This document shows, one piece after another, positions 38,108 to 48,812 of a stretch of 64,000 bases of DNA. This DNA is from an uncultured Gemmatimonadales bacterium. Its GTDB lineage: Bacteria > Gemmatimonadota > Gemmatimonadetes > Gemmatimonadales > GWC2-71-9. The notes beneath the pieces are model-generated. The model was given only the letters and a program-made list of their open reading frames with translations, searched no databases and was not told the origin of the DNA. Every line of letters starts with the position of its first letter. The first letter of the stretch is position 1. The position numbers and the translations under genes are program-made. Location: contig CAVSLV010000004.1 of assembly GCA_963728915.1 (NCBI GenBank), positions 192,001 to 256,000 on the forward strand, read 5' to 3'.

Positions 38108-39587
38108 CCGCCCCGCCGAGCTGGGCGCCGATGCTCAGGCTGTCCTCCGGGATCAGGGTCCCCTGGGCCCCCAGCAGCCGGAACAGCTTCCATTGCTCCT
38201 GCCGAGCGGTGTACACCCGGGAGCCGTTGTACATCAGGGAAATGAGCAGCACGCCTTCGGGGCGTCCCAGATATCCCACCACCGTGGCGACGTCTCCCAG
38301 AGTGCCGGTCTTGGCCCGCACGATCCCGGGGCCGGGCATGCCGATCGCGAGCTTCCGCAGCGTCCCGCTTCCATTGGTGGGAAGCAGCATCGGAAATCCG
38401 CGGCCCGAAGGCAGCAGCGGGAACCGGGCGAGATAGGCGATGAAGGTCAGGGGCGTCACCCGGTCGTCATGGGAGAGCCCGCTTCCATCCAGCAGCCGGA
38501 GTCCGGTGCCGTCGCCGGTCACCTGGCGGACGTGCTCCACCAGGAGCTCCACCGGGTTAGGCCATCCACCCGCCCATCGCAACAACAGCTCGGCCCCGAT
38601 GTTCACCGAGCGGCGATTGATTTCCATGGCGATGGAGTCGAAGGGCGAGGAGCTGACCTGCGCCAGCACCATCGGCTTGGCAAGCTCGAAGGCGGGCTGG
38701 GCGGGCGGAGCCTTCCGGTCCCAGTCGATCCCCGCCATCTGGAGGGCCCGGTACCAGATCGCCTCGACCACCGCCTTGGGCTCGTGCGCCGTCACCGTGA
38801 ACCATCGGGTCCGGGCACTGAGGCCGATGGTGCCGGAGACCACGAATCGGCCGTTCATCGCCTTCTGCACCCTCAATCGAGCCCGCCGGCCCGCTACGGT
38901 TCGCGCTTTGATGTCCACCAGATCCGCGATGCCCGAGGGCGCCTCGGATCGGAGCACCGCGAGGTTCCCGCTATGGGCTCCCGCGCCGATCGCGAAGGTC
39001 ACCAACCCCTCGTTGACCGCCACATTGCTGACCAGCGGAGCGAAGTAGCGGCCCTGGTGGCGGCGATCCCAGACCGAAGGAAAGAAGGCGACCGGCTCGC
39101 CGGTTCCGCTCACCAGCGCCAGTGGACCGGTCAGCCGGCGGACCCCCTTGTCTCTCAGCTGCTCGGCGAGCTCGAGCAGGGTAGGCCCCCCGTGCATCGG
39201 GCGTTCCAGGGTGGGATCGCCGTTCAATTCCAGGGACCAGTCGCCGACCCAGGTCGAGGTGAACGGGTCGACGTGACCGGTGCCGATGAACCGGGTCGTT
39301 CGCCGGGCATCGCCGCCCAGCACGCTCCGCGCGTAACCGGTGGTGAAGAGCTTGACCGTCGAGGCGGGAATCATCGGGCGGGTCGCATCGACCGCCCAGA
39401 GCAATTGACCATCCTGGCGCGCGACCGCGATGCCCCAGGTACCAGGGGCCACCCGGGAGGCTCTCGCAAACCACGTCTCGAGGGTGGATTGCAGGTCGCC
39501 CGGGCCGGGACCGATCCGCGCTCCCGCGGCCGCCGGCATTCCGGCAGCAACGGCAACGCACAGCAACGCCGGGGAAAGCCGGGTCAT
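38091..39587 (-). CDS. dacB: D-Ala-D-Ala carboxypeptidase/endopeptidase (PBP4, S13)
   Basis: PASTVKL (SxxK), SVN, DGSGLS, AKTGT. Confidence 0.92.
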   Translation of the reverse strand: MTRLSPALLCVAVAAGMPAAAGARIGPGPGDLQSTLETWFARASRVAPGTWGIAVARQDGQLLWAVDATRPMIPASTVKLFTTGYARSVLGGDARRTTRFIGTGHVDPFTSTWVGDWSLELNGDPTLERPMHGGPTLLELAEQLRDKGVRRLTGPLALVSGTGEPVAFFPSVWDRRHQGRYFAPLVSNVAVNEGLVTFAIGAGAHSGNLAVLRSEAPSGIADLVDIKARTVAGRRARLRVQKAMNGRFVVSGTIGLSARTRWFTVTAHEPKAVVEAIWYRALQMAGIDWDRKAPPAQPAFELAKPMVLAQVSSSPFDSIAMEINRRSVNIGAELLLRWAGGWPNPVELLVEHVRQVTGDGTGLRLLDGSGLSHDDRVTPLTFIAYLARFPLLPSGRGFPMLLPTNGSGTLRKLAIGMPGPGIVRAKTGTLGDVATVVGYLGRPEGVLLISLMYNGSRVYTARQEQWKLFRLLGAQGTLIPEDSLSIGAQLGGAGDSIP

Positions 39588-40747
39588 TTCACCAAAGATT
39601 TGGCAATCGTAAGCAACTGCATGTTGCTGGTTCCCTCATAAATCGTGCCAATCTTGGCATCGCGATAGTACTTCTCGGCGGGGTATTCGCGTGAGTAGCC
39701 GTAGCCGCCGAACAGCTCCAGTGAGGTCGAGGTGATACGATCGGCCACCTGGGAGCTGAACAGTTTGGCCATCGCCGCCTCGACGGTGAACGGACGCCCG
39801 CCATCCTTGAGACGAGCGGCGTTGTACACCATGAGACGGGCCGCCTCGAGCTCGGTCCGCATTTGCGACAGCTGGAACTGCACCCCCTGAAACTCCGCGA
39901 TCGGTTTCCCGAACTGCTCTCGTTGCCTGACGTAGCCCAGCGCGGCGTCGAGCGCCCCTCGCGCCACGCCGATCATCTGGGCTCCGATGCCGATGCGTCC
40001 CTCGTTGAGCGTTTCGATCGAGATCTTGTAGCCCTGGCCGACCGGACCGAGAACGTTCTCGTCGGGTACCTGGCACCCTTCCAGGATGAGCTCGCAGGTG
40101 CTGGACGCACGAATCCCGAGCTTGTCCTCCTTCTTGCCCACCGCAAAGCCGGGAAACTCCCTTTCGACCAGGAACCCGGTGATCCCCTTGTATCCCTTCG
40201 CGGGATCCGCATTGGCGAAAACGATGTAAATCCCCGCTTCGGCCCCGTTGGTGATCCAGAACTTCCGCCCGGTGAGTTCCCAATGGCCGTCCCGTCGTAC
40301 CGCCCGGGTCTGCAGCGCGAAGGCATCACTGCCGCTCGCCGGCTCGGAGAGCGCGAACGCGCCCAGGAACCCGGAGGTCATCCGGGGGAAGTATCGGGCC
40401 TGCTGCTCGGTGCTGCCCCAGCGAAGGAGGCAGTTGTTGACCAGCGTGTTATGCACGTCCACGTAAATCGCCGCCGAGGCATCGATCCGGGCCAGCTCCT
40501 CGATCGCGAGCACGTTGAGGAAGAATGAACCGCCCGAGCCCCCCCACGGCTCCGGCACTTCGATGCCCATGAGCCCGAGCTCGAAGAACCGCGCGATCAG
40601 CTCGGGGCGGAACTTCCCGGCCTCATCCATCTCCTTCACGTGGGGCGCGACCTCCTGCTCGGCGAACTCCCTGACGGTCTGGCGGAACAGCTCCTCGTCT
40701 TCCGACAGCACGGTGAGCGCCGGGGAAGACGCAATCGTTTCGGACAT
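39584..40747 (-). CDS. Acyl-CoA dehydrogenase
   Basis: FALSEPASGSD, K.WITNG, KLGIRASST, R.QFGKPI, GGYGY, IYEGTSN. Confidence 0.95.
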   Translation of the reverse strand: MSETIASSPALTVLSEDEELFRQTVREFAEQEVAPHVKEMDEAGKFRPELIARFFELGLMGIEVPEPWGGSGGSFFLNVLAIEELARIDASAAIYVDVHNTLVNNCLLRWGSTEQQARYFPRMTSGFLGAFALSEPASGSDAFALQTRAVRRDGHWELTGRKFWITNGAEAGIYIVFANADPAKGYKGITGFLVEREFPGFAVGKKEDKLGIRASSTCELILEGCQVPDENVLGPVGQGYKISIETLNEGRIGIGAQMIGVARGALDAALGYVRQREQFGKPIAEFQGVQFQLSQMRTELEAARLMVYNAARLKDGGRPFTVEAAMAKLFSSQVADRITSTSLELFGGYGYSREYPAEKYYRDAKIGTIYEGTSNMQLLTIAKSLVK

Positions 40748-40813
40748 CGATGACTCCGGGCTAAGTCCTGAAAATATGGGGAATTGCGCCATCGAACGGT
40801 AGCAGGGAAGCCG

Positions 40814-42640
40814 TCAGGTGGCGAGAACCTCCAGGGCCACCGGCACCCGGCCCAGGGGGGCCGAAATCTGGACCCCGGCGACCCGCCCCCGAACCGCATC
40901 CAGCATTTCGCGGGCGATGCGTACCCCCTCCGCCAGTGCCGCTTCGCGCCCGCGTTCGCTCGCTTCGCGCATTCGCTTCAGGACTTCCGCCGGAACGGTC
41001 ACTCCGGGGACTTCGTTGGCGAGAAATTCGGCGTTTCTGAGCGAGACCAGCGGCCAGATCCCACCGATGATCGGGATCCGGAAAGCGTCGATGCGCTTGA
41101 GGAAGCGATCGAGCTGATTCAGGTCGAACACCGGCTGGGTAATGGCGAATTCGGCTCCCGCTTCCACCTTCCAGTGGAATCGCTTGAGCTCGTGCTCCAG
41201 GTCCGGCGCGGCGGGATTCACGCCGACACCGATCACGAACCGGGTGGGGGCTCCGATCGGGTTTCCTCCGGGATCGAGACCCCGGTTGAGACGGGCCACC
41301 AGATTGGTGAGTCCAATCGAGTCGATGTCGAAGACCGCGGTCGCGTCGGGATACGGCCCCATCTTGGGCGGGTCTCCGGTGACCAGCAGGAGGTTCCGGA
41401 GACCGGCGGCCGCCGCCCCCAGCAGATCCGACAGCATCCCGAGCAGGTTGCGATCCCGGCAGGCGTAATGGACCACGGCCTCGATTCCCACTTCCCGCTC
41501 GATCATGAGACCGGAGAGCAGCGCGCCCATCCGGCTCTGCGCCCGTGGCCCGTCCGGAACATTCACCGCATCCACCCCGGCGTCCCGCAGCGCCCGGCAT
41601 TGCTGGTACATCGGAGTGGGATCGACTCCCTTGGGAGGAACGATTTCCACCGCGGTCAGGAATTCGCCCCGCGCGAGCTTGGCCGCATATCTCGACCGCT
41701 CGGCCAGGGAAACCGGATCCAGGCCCGGGTTGGGGGCTTCGGTGGTCTGGGTGACGGTGAGGTGGTGCGGGGTCACCGAACGGACGAAACCGGCGATGGC
41801 CTTGATGTGGGCCGGGGTGGTGCCGCAACAGCCGCCTACGAAACGCGCTCCCGCCTCCACGATCCGCCGGGCGTATTCACCCATGTACTCCGGGGACGCC
41901 ATGTAGATCTTCCGGTTACCCACATCGCGTGGCAGCCCGGCGTTGGGCTGGGCCGAGATCGGGGTGCGAACCGACGCGGCAAGCTGCTCGACCGCCTCCA
42001 GCACGCCGTGGGGTCCCACCGAGCAGTTCACTCCGATCACGTCTGCGCCCATCTCCTCCAGGAGAGGACCGAAGCTGGCAGGCGCGGTGCCGTAGTGAGT
42101 GCGCCCGTCGATGCCCACGGTCATCTGGGCGATCACCGGCAGATCGGAAAGATTCCGGATGGCGGCGAAGGCGGCGCGAAGCTCCTCGACGTCGCTGAAC
42201 GTTTCCAGGACGAATCCCTCCACACCCCCCTGGAGCAGTCCCTGAACCTGGCGGGCAAAATCGGCCTGCGCCTCGGCGATCGAGGTTTCCCCGAAAGGCT
42301 CGATCCGAAGCCCGAGCGGACCGATGGCACCGACCACACTGACCCGCTGACCCCCCGCGTTTCGGGCCAGTTCGGCGGCCGCCTGGTTGATTCGCTCGGT
42401 CTCCGGGGCGAGCCCGAACTGTGCCAGCTTCCGGGGATTGGCGCCGAACGTGTTGGTTTCAATCAGCTCGGCTCCGGCCCGCACATACTCGCGATGGATG
42501 TCCCGAACCAGATCGGGCTGCCGCAGGTTCAGCTCGTCATAGCACACGTTGAGGAAGACGCCGCGATCGTAAAGCATGGTTCCCATCGCACCGTCGAACA
42601 CGTGGGTGCGGCCGTCCGCGATGAGCTCGCGCAGGGTCAT
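40814..42640 (-). CDS. yitJ: Bifunctional homocysteine S-methyltransferase/methylenetetrahydrofolate reductase
   Basis: DGAMGT, NCSVGP, GGCCGTT, then an MTHFR domain (TGDPP, ITQPVF). Confidence 0.9.
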   Translation of the reverse strand: MTLRELIADGRTHVFDGAMGTMLYDRGVFLNVCYDELNLRQPDLVRDIHREYVRAGAELIETNTFGANPRKLAQFGLAPETERINQAAAELARNAGGQRVSVVGAIGPLGLRIEPFGETSIAEAQADFARQVQGLLQGGVEGFVLETFSDVEELRAAFAAIRNLSDLPVIAQMTVGIDGRTHYGTAPASFGPLLEEMGADVIGVNCSVGPHGVLEAVEQLAASVRTPISAQPNAGLPRDVGNRKIYMASPEYMGEYARRIVEAGARFVGGCCGTTPAHIKAIAGFVRSVTPHHLTVTQTTEAPNPGLDPVSLAERSRYAAKLARGEFLTAVEIVPPKGVDPTPMYQQCRALRDAGVDAVNVPDGPRAQSRMGALLSGLMIEREVGIEAVVHYACRDRNLLGMLSDLLGAAAAGLRNLLLVTGDPPKMGPYPDATAVFDIDSIGLTNLVARLNRGLDPGGNPIGAPTRFVIGVGVNPAAPDLEHELKRFHWKVEAGAEFAITQPVFDLNQLDRFLKRIDAFRIPIIGGIWPLVSLRNAEFLANEVPGVTVPAEVLKRMREASERGREAALAEGVRIAREMLDAVRGRVAGVQISAPLGRVPVALEVLAT

Positions 42641-45600
42641 GGCTGGTAGCCCAGGTTCGGAGCGAGCCACCGCTCCACTACCTCGAGCGGCATCTGCTTC
42701 CGGTTGGCATAGTCGGCGGCCTGATCGCGGCCGATCTTTCCGATGCCGAAGTAACGGGCCTCGGGGCGCCAGAAGTACCAGCCGGATACCGAGGCGCCCG
42801 GGAGCATGGCGCAGCTTTCCGTCAGGGTGATTCCGGCCTGGGCGCTGGCGTCGAGCAGCCCGAAGATCGTTCGCTTCTCGGTATGATCGGGACAGGCCGG
42901 ATATCCCGGGGCAGGCCGGATCCCCTGATAGGCCTCGCGAATCAGGGCGCGATTGTCCAGCCGTTCGTCGGGCGCATAGCCCCAGAGCTCTTTCCGGACC
43001 CGCTCGTGGAGCCGTTCCGCGAACGCCTCCGCCAACCGGTCGGCGAGGGCTTTCGCAAGAATCGCGGAGTAATCGTCGTGGGCCGCCTCGAATTCCGCGA
43101 CCAGACGGTCCAGGCCGTGCCCGGCAGTAATGGCGAACGCGCCGACGTAGTCGGGGGTCGACCCCCCGGCAGGCGCCACGAAATCGGCGAGCGCGAGATT
43201 GGCGCGATCGGATCCGGGGGCGCGCGCCATCTGTTGCCGGAGGGTGTGGATGGTGGCGAGCGGTCGTCGGAGTTCGTCGTCCTCGAAGAGATCGATGTCG
43301 TCGGTCCGGGAGGCGGCCGGCCAGAAGCCGACGACCGCGTTCGCCTGCAACCGTCCTTCCCTCACCATGCGATCGAGCAGGACGCGGGCGTCGTCATAGA
43401 GCGCCTGGGCCGCGCTGCCCGTGGCCCGGTTGGTCAGCACGTCGGGGAAAGACCCCGGAAGCTCCCAGGCCTGGAAGAAGGGCGTCCAGTCGATCCGCTC
43501 GACCAGCTCGGCGAGCGGATAGTCCAGGAAGCTCTTCGTTCCCAGGAAGGACGGCTTCGGGGCAGGGTTCCGTCCGGACAGCGCCAGGCGAGCCGCTCGC
43601 GCTTCGGGGAGCGAGAGCAAGCGGTCGCCGCCGGTCCGCCCTTCCCGCTCCCGCCGCACCGCTTCATACTCCGCCGCGACGCCCGAAACGAAACCGGGTC
43701 GGAGGGTTTCGCTGAGAAGGTTCGCGGCCACGCCGACCGCGCGAGAAGCATCCAGCACGTGCACCACCGGCCCGTCGTAACGCGGCGCGATCTTGACCGC
43801 AGTGTGCGCCTTCGAGGTGGTGGCGCCCCCGATCAGGAGCGGCACCTCGAAGCGCTCCCGCCGCATTTCTTCCGCGACGAAGCACATCTCCTCGAGCGAC
43901 GGGGTAATGAGCCCCGACAACCCGATGATCTGGACCTGCTCCCGCCGGGCGGTTTCCAGGATGCGGGCGCACGGCACCATGACGCCGAGGTCGATCACTT
44001 CGTAGTTGTTGCACTGGAGAACCACGCCCACGATGTTCTTCCCGATGTCGTGGACGTCGCCCTTCACCGTGGCCAGCAGCACCTTCCCCTTGGCGCGCGG
44101 GCTCGAGGCGGTCTTTTCTTCCTCGAGGAACGGGGTCAGATAGGCCACCGCCTTCTTCATCACCCGGGCGCTCTTGACGACCTGGGGCAGGAACATCTTC
44201 CCGCTTCCGAAGAGATCGCCGACCACGTTCATCCCGTCCATCAGGGGTCCTTCGATCACCGCGAGCGGGCGCCCCAGCACGCCCCGCGCCTCCTCGGTGT
44301 CCTCCACGATGAACGCGTCGATGCCCTCGACCAGGGCATGGGTCAGCCGATCCTGCACCGGCTTCTCCCGCCAGGCCAGGTCGGGAGCGCGGGCGGCGCC
44401 AGGGCCCTTGATCGACTGGGCGACCGCGAGCAGACGCTCAGTGGCATCGGGTCTTCGGTTCAGGACCAGGTCCTCGACCCGCTCGAGCAGGTCCCGGGGA
44501 ATATCGTCGTAGATCGGGAGCGCTCCCGCGTTCACGATGCCCATGTCCATCCCGGCCTGGACCGCGTGATAGAGGAACGCCGCGTGGATCGCCTCGCGGA
44601 TCGGCTCGTTGCCCCGGAAGGAGAAGGAGAGGTTGCTCACTCCGCCGCTCACGTGCACCGCCGGCAATTCCGCCTTGATCCGCCGGATGGCCTCGATGTA
44701 CTCGACCGCATAGTTGTTATGGGCCTCGATCCCGGTTCCCACCGCGAAGATGTTGGGATCGAAGACGAGGTCCTCGGGAGGAAACCCGGCTCGATCGGTG
44801 AGCAGCCGGTAGGCTCGGCGGGTGATCGCAACCCGGCGCGCCAGGCTGTCGGCCTGGCCCTGCTCGTCGAAGGCCATCACGATGACCGCGGCGCCATAGC
44901 GACGCACCAGGGCGGCCTGACGCAGGAATTCCGCTTCTCCCTCCTTGAGCGAGATCGAATTGACCACCGACCGTCCCTGGACGCATTTGAGCCCGGCTTC
45001 GATGACCGACCACTTCGACGAATCGATGACGATGGGAACCTTCCCGATCGCGGGCTCCGACGCGATCAGTCGCAGGAACCTGGTCATGGCCTGCTCGGAA
45101 TCGAGCATGCCTTCGTCCATGTTCACGTCGATCATCTGGGCGCCGCTCTCCACCTGCTGTCGGGCCACTTCCAGTCCGTCCTCGTATCGGCCGTCGGCCA
45201 CGAGCCTGGCGAACCGGCGGGACCCGGTGACGTTGGTCCGCTCCCCGATGTTGACGAAGAGCGTGTCCGGTCCGACGGTGAGGGGCTCGAGCCCGGAGAG
45301 CCGCAGCCGGGCCGGAGGCTCGGGCCGCACCCGCGGTGCAATTCCCTCCACGGCGGAGGCGATGGCCCGGATGTGCGCCGGGGTGGTTCCGCAGCATCCT
45401 CCGACGATGTTGAGCAGCCCGCTCCCCGCGAATTCCCCGATCACCTTCGCCATGGTCTCGGCGGTTTCATCGTACTCGCCGAACGCATTGGGGAGTCCGG
45501 CGTTCGGATGGACGCTGAGCCAGACCGGGGCGACCCGGGACAGGTCCTGGACATAGGGAAAGAGGGCCCGCGCCCCCAGCGCACAGTTGAACCCTACCGA

Positions 45601-46350
45601 GAGAGGGCGGGCGTGCATGACCGAATGCCAGAACGCCTCCGGGGTCTGCCCCGACAGGGTGCGCCCGCTCCGATCGGTGATGGTGCCGGAGATCATCAGC
45701 GGGACCCGAAATCCGAGCCGGTCGAAGACGGTTTCGATCGCGAAGAGGGCGGCCTTCGCGTTCAGGGTGTCGAAGATGGTCTCGACCAGGAGCAGATCGG
45801 CGCCGCCCTCGATCAGGGCGGCGGCGGCGTCGGCGTAGGTGGCCGCGAGCTGATCGAACGTCACGTTCCTCGCCGAGGGATCGTTGACGTCGGGAGAGAG
45901 AGACGCGGTTCGGCTGGTCGGGCCCAGCACCCCCGCCACGTAACGGGGTCGGGCCGGATCGGCGCGCTCCGCCTGGTCGGCGGTATCCCTCGCCAGCCGC
46001 GCCGCGGTGCGATTCAGCTCGACCACCAGGGCCTCCATGCCGTAATCGGACTGGGAAATGGCGGTGGCGTTGAACGAGTTGGTTTCGATCAGGTCGGCTC
46101 CGGCGCCGAGGTACTCGGCGTGGATCCCGGCAATGATGTCGGGCCGGGTTAGGCAGAGCAGGTCGTTGTTCCCCTTGAGGTCCAGCGGCCAGTCGGAGAA
46201 ACGGCCACCCCGGTAGTCCGCTTCCCCGAGCCGGTGCGTCTGGATCATGGTGCCCATGGCCCCGTCGAGCACCAGGATCCGCCGGGCAAGCATGGCTTCC
46301 AGACCGGCGAGACGGTGGGAGCGGGGATCGGAAGCTGGGGCCTTCACCAC
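42637..46350 (-). CDS. metH: Cobalamin-dependent methionine synthase
   Basis: [28 protein letters not shown]12 motif, [14 protein letters not shown]. Confidence 0.97.
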   Translation of the reverse strand: MVKAPASDPRSHRLAGLEAMLARRILVLDGAMGTMIQTHRLGEADYRGGRFSDWPLDLKGNNDLLCLTRPDIIAGIHAEYLGAGADLIETNSFNATAISQSDYGMEALVVELNRTAARLARDTADQAERADPARPRYVAGVLGPTSRTASLSPDVNDPSARNVTFDQLAATYADAAAALIEGGADLLLVETIFDTLNAKAALFAIETVFDRLGFRVPLMISGTITDRSGRTLSGQTPEAFWHSVMHARPLSVGFNCALGARALFPYVQDLSRVAPVWLSVHPNAGLPNAFGEYDETAETMAKVIGEFAGSGLLNIVGGCCGTTPAHIRAIASAVEGIAPRVRPEPPARLRLSGLEPLTVGPDTLFVNIGERTNVTGSRRFARLVADGRYEDGLEVARQQVESGAQMIDVNMDEGMLDSEQAMTRFLRLIASEPAIGKVPIVIDSSKWSVIEAGLKCVQGRSVVNSISLKEGEAEFLRQAALVRRYGAAVIVMAFDEQGQADSLARRVAITRRAYRLLTDRAGFPPEDLVFDPNIFAVGTGIEAHNNYAVEYIEAIRRIKAELPAVHVSGGVSNLSFSFRGNEPIREAIHAAFLYHAVQAGMDMGIVNAGALPIYDDIPRDLLERVEDLVLNRRPDATERLLAVAQSIKGPGAARAPDLAWREKPVQDRLTHALVEGIDAFIVEDTEEARGVLGRPLAVIEGPLMDGMNVVGDLFGSGKMFLPQVVKSARVMKKAVAYLTPFLEEEKTASSPRAKGKVLLATVKGDVHDIGKNIVGVVLQCNNYEVIDLGVMVPCARILETARREQVQIIGLSGLITPSLEEMCFVAEEMRRERFEVPLLIGGATTSKAHTAVKIAPRYDGPVVHVLDASRAVGVAANLLSETLRPGFVSGVAAEYEAVRREREGRTGGDRLLSLPEARAARLALSGRNPAPKPSFLGTKSFLDYPLAELVERIDWTPFFQAWELPGSFPDVLTNRATGSAAQALYDDARVLLDRMVREGRLQANAVVGFWPAASRTDDIDLFEDDELRRPLATIHTLRQQMARAPGSDRANLALADFVAPAGGSTPDYVGAFAITAGHGLDRLVAEFEAAHDDYSAILAKALADRLAEAFAERLHERVRKELWGYAPDERLDNRALIREAYQGIRPAPGYPACPDHTEKRTIFGLLDASAQAGITLTESCAMLPGASVSGWYFWRPEARYFGIGKIGRDQAADYANRKQMPLEVVERWLAPNLGYQP

Positions 46351-46367
46351 ATCGAACTCCTGATGAC

Positions 46368-46396
46368 AAGAAACCCGAGGCTAAGGTGGCCCCGGG
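46368..46396 (-). terminator. Intrinsic terminator in the metH leader
   Basis: CCCGGGGC-CACCTTA-GCCTCGGG-TTTCTT on the minus strand, just upstream of the AGGAG RBS. Confidence 0.65.
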
Positions 46397-46397
46397 C

Positions 46398-46449
46398 GGC
46401 GTTTTAGCGTTTGTTTAACGTGGCCGCAAGCAGCGCAAATCACCACGCA
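46398..46449 (-). ncRNA. SAM-II (SAM-alpha) riboswitch
   Basis: Minus strand CGTGGTGATTTG-CGCT-GCTTGCGGCCACGTTAAACAAACGCTAAA fits the SAM-II consensus (GUGAUUU...UUGC..CCACG..AAACAA..GCUAAA); upstream of metH. Confidence 0.88.
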
Positions 46450-46501
46450 CATTGTCCCGGACCCCGAAACATAATGCCGGAATTGCCCCTCCGCCTGGAG
46501 C

Positions 46502-46906
46502 TCAGGAAAACCGGCTCAGAACCTGGTAGGAACCGATATGATCCGCGTCGGCTTCAAGGACGGGGGCGCCGTCACGCTCCAGCCAGGCATGGGCCTCGAG
46601 CGGCTGGCGCTGTCCTCGCCGGACCCCGATGTGAAGCTCCGCGGCATGTCCGGCTCTTCGGAGCAGGTAGTAGAGCACCAGGGCGCGTTTGAGACAGGTT
46701 CGCTGCCACGGTCCCGGCAACCGGGAAAGCACGCTGTCCACCCACTGACCCAGGGCCGGATCAGTGACGCCGGCCTGGGACCCGCCGTTGCCGAATCGGG
46801 TGAGCCAGCGGGTCAGGGTGGGCAGCGGAACCACATGCACGAGGGGCGGCAGGATCAACGATGCGGCCGTGGCGCGGACGCGCCACCGCATCGGCAATCC
46901 ATTCAT
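46502..46906 (-). CDS. Lasso-type leader peptidase B2 (transglutaminase-like)
   Basis: TCLKRAL, LHIGVRR, LEAHAWLERDG (catalytic Cys/His). Confidence 0.9.
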   Translation of the reverse strand: MNGLPMRWRVRATAASLILPPLVHVVPLPTLTRWLTRFGNGGSQAGVTDPALGQWVDSVLSRLPGPWQRTCLKRALVLYYLLRRAGHAAELHIGVRRGQRQPLEAHAWLERDGAPVLEADADHIGSYQVLSRFS

Positions 46907-47178
46907 CCGCGCTCCTCGAGCATCACATGACAGGAGAGGCAGTGGTCGAGAAACGCCCGCGTCGTCGCTTCCGCTTCCGCGCTCTCGACCTCGTAGACAT
47001 CCATCAGGTGCGCGACCAGCTCGGCGAAGGTGCGGGGCTCGCTGGTGGCCTCGAGGATGGTGAGGCCGGTGTCGTTGACGCTGAAGTAGCGACGCTCGCC
47101 GAGGTGGAGCACCACGCCTTCGCCCTCGAGCTCGGCGATCCGGAGGTCTTCGTGCCGGCGATAGCGGATCCCGCTCAT
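46903..47178 (-). CDS. PqqD-family RiPP recognition element (lasso B1)
   Basis: EGEGVVL, YFSVNDTG..I.E, L...YEV....A pattern; 91 aa. Confidence 0.88.
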   Translation of the reverse strand: MSGIRYRRHEDLRIAELEGEGVVLHLGERRYFSVNDTGLTILEATSEPRTFAELVAHLMDVYEVESAEAEATTRAFLDHCLSCHVMLEERG

Positions 47179-48104
47179 GGCAGCATTCCCATCAGGGCAT
47201 CGGATCGGTCGAAGATATCCGGACCAAGCGTGGCTTTGTAGCAGCGGGCCTGTCTGCCAAGCCGGGAGAGTATCTGGAGATACTCGGTAGCCGCCGTGGC
47301 CTCGAACATGACCCAGGGCGAGTTCTGGATCAGGCGGCGCAGGATCTCGGCGGGTTCCGCCGGCTTCAGATGGGTCCGCTCCCCGGTTCCATCGGCGAAC
47401 ACGACGATGTCCGGCTCAATGACCGGGGTCCAGGTGCCGCCCAGCTCCTCCACCGTGAACGCCTGCTTGTTCCGGCGCGGCACCGGAACGCCACCGGTGC
47501 AGGCGAGGAGGTCGACCCCGCCAGGGCGAAGGGCAATCTGATCCCGGAATCCGAACGCGGCCACCCGCGACTCCCGCTCCGTCAGGAAAACCGCGTCTTC
47601 GCTGCCGATCTGCCATCCGCGGCGCGCCAGGAGCGCTACCGTAGTGGATTTGCCGGAGTGGCTGTTCCCGATCAGCATCCAGCCCCGCCCCTCGGGATCC
47701 CTGGCCGTGCCGGCATGCACGTGAAATCGATGGGCGCGCTTCCAGAGAAAGATGAGGGTCACAAGCAGGAAGCCGCGAAAGAGCAATTCGAGCTGTTCCG
47801 TCGCCTCGCGGGTTACAAATGCCTGGGCCTCTGCCCGGATGGGGTCGATCCGTGCCATGGCGCGCCCGGGCCACCCGACCTGAACCCACCCGAGGGGCTC
47901 GCCAGCCCGGATCTCAAGGAAGCCCTGCCGGTAGGCGATCCGGTCATCGTCCAGGGTGGGAACTACGTCTACCACTTCGACGGTCAGCGCGAGCCCGGGT
48001 GGAAGAGGCATGCGCGTGTCTTCCAGCCAATCCAGGAGCGCCGCTTCGAGCCGTGGGTCGCGACACTGTATTCCGGGGAACGAGTGCATCGAGCGAGATT
48101 TCAT
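47175..48104 (-). CDS. HPr kinase-like RiPP kinase
   Basis: VHAG, Walker A GNSHSGKSTT, IGSED motif as in lasso-cluster kinases. Confidence 0.8.
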   Translation of the reverse strand: MKSRSMHSFPGIQCRDPRLEAALLDWLEDTRMPLPPGLALTVEVVDVVPTLDDDRIAYRQGFLEIRAGEPLGWVQVGWPGRAMARIDPIRAEAQAFVTREATEQLELLFRGFLLVTLIFLWKRAHRFHVHAGTARDPEGRGWMLIGNSHSGKSTTVALLARRGWQIGSEDAVFLTERESRVAAFGFRDQIALRPGGVDLLACTGGVPVPRRNKQAFTVEELGGTWTPVIEPDIVVFADGTGERTHLKPAEPAEILRRLIQNSPWVMFEATAATEYLQILSRLGRQARCYKATLGPDIFDRSDALMGMLP

Positions 48105-48133
48105 ACTGCGGGCTTCATGGACCTGCCGAAGAC

Positions 48134-48165
48134 AAGAAACCCCGCCGGGAATAGCACCGGCGGGG
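48134..48165 (-). terminator. Intrinsic terminator after the RiPP precursor
   Basis: CCCCGCCGG-TGCTATTC-CCGGCGGGG-TTTCTT. Confidence 0.75.
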
Positions 48166-48187
48166 ACTTGAGCCGTTGGACCAGATC

Positions 48188-48286
48188 CTAGATGGGGTTC
48201 GCGCCCGAGGCAGCGACAGACATCTGGGTGATCTCAGTCAGGCTGGCTTCCGCCTTGAGGGTAGGCGCGGTGAATTTCCTCTTCAT
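48188..48286 (-). CDS. RiPP precursor peptide MKRKFTAPTLKAEASLTEITQ-MSVAASGANPI (32 aa)
   Basis: GAGGAG RBS; FxxPxL RRE-binding motif; Thr at -2; first gene of the kinase/B1/B2 operon; absent from the ORF track. Confidence 0.85.
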   Translation of the reverse strand: MKRKFTAPTLKAEASLTEITQMSVAASGANPI

Positions 48287-48530
48287 CGGTTCTCCTCGAT
48301 TTGGTTCTGGTTGATCGACTTCCCGAGAGTTGTTCGAAATCCCTTTGGAGAATGTACCCGCAATTCACGTGCACGCAACGCGGGCGGTCCCGCCCCATGA
48401 GAACAAATCACCCTAACTACCTTAGGACAAAGGGCTTACGAAGTATTCCCGGGTCTGCAAACGGCCCATCCGGCCCTGAGTTCTGTTGCATGAAAACCAT
48501 TCTCTTCAGCACAGGGGAGGCGGCGGTGCC

Positions 48531-48812
48531 TCACAGACTGGCCCGAGCCTCAGCTTCCGAAAGTCCCTCCACCAGAACGGTCTTATTCCGGCTGGCCCGG
48601 CCGGAACGGAGCGACACTCGTGACTTTGCCACTTTGAAGGTCTGGGACAGGAACCGAATCAGCTCCTCGTTGGCGGCACCGTCCACTGGCGGGGCTGCGA
48701 TCCGGATTTTGAGGCTGTTTCCCGAAGCTCCGCTGATTTCATTCCTGGCGGATCGGGGTTGAACGCGGATGGTAAGCTCCACCCCTTCCGGGACGGGGCG
48801 AAGAAAGGTCAG
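48531..48812 (-). CDS. DUF167 (YggU-like) protein
   Basis: IRVQPRS, LKIRIAAPPVDGAANEELI, SG..SRNK; start uncertain. Confidence 0.8.
   Translation of the reverse strand: MTFLRPVPEGVELTIRVQPRSARNEISGASGNSLKIRIAAPPVDGAANEELIRFLSQTFKVAKSRVSLRSGRASRNKTVLVEGLSEAEARASL

Noticed and set aside
42883..46152. 1089-aa plus-strand ORF and many other long antisense ORFs (e.g. 1-1050, 40784-42649, 38076-39641)
   Set aside because: These are shadow frames of well-supported opposite-strand genes in high-GC DNA and have no family motifs.
48188..48256. Alternative lasso core starting at Lys11 (KAEASLTE, Glu at position 8)
   Set aside because: This would leave a 10-aa leader with the cut inside the FxxPxL recognition motif. 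Lys is an atypical first residue and no cyclase is present.
48360..48374. Sigma54 promoter for the RiPP operon
   Set aside because: The spacing and -12 TTGC fit, but the essential -24 GG reads TG, so it was not called as a feature.
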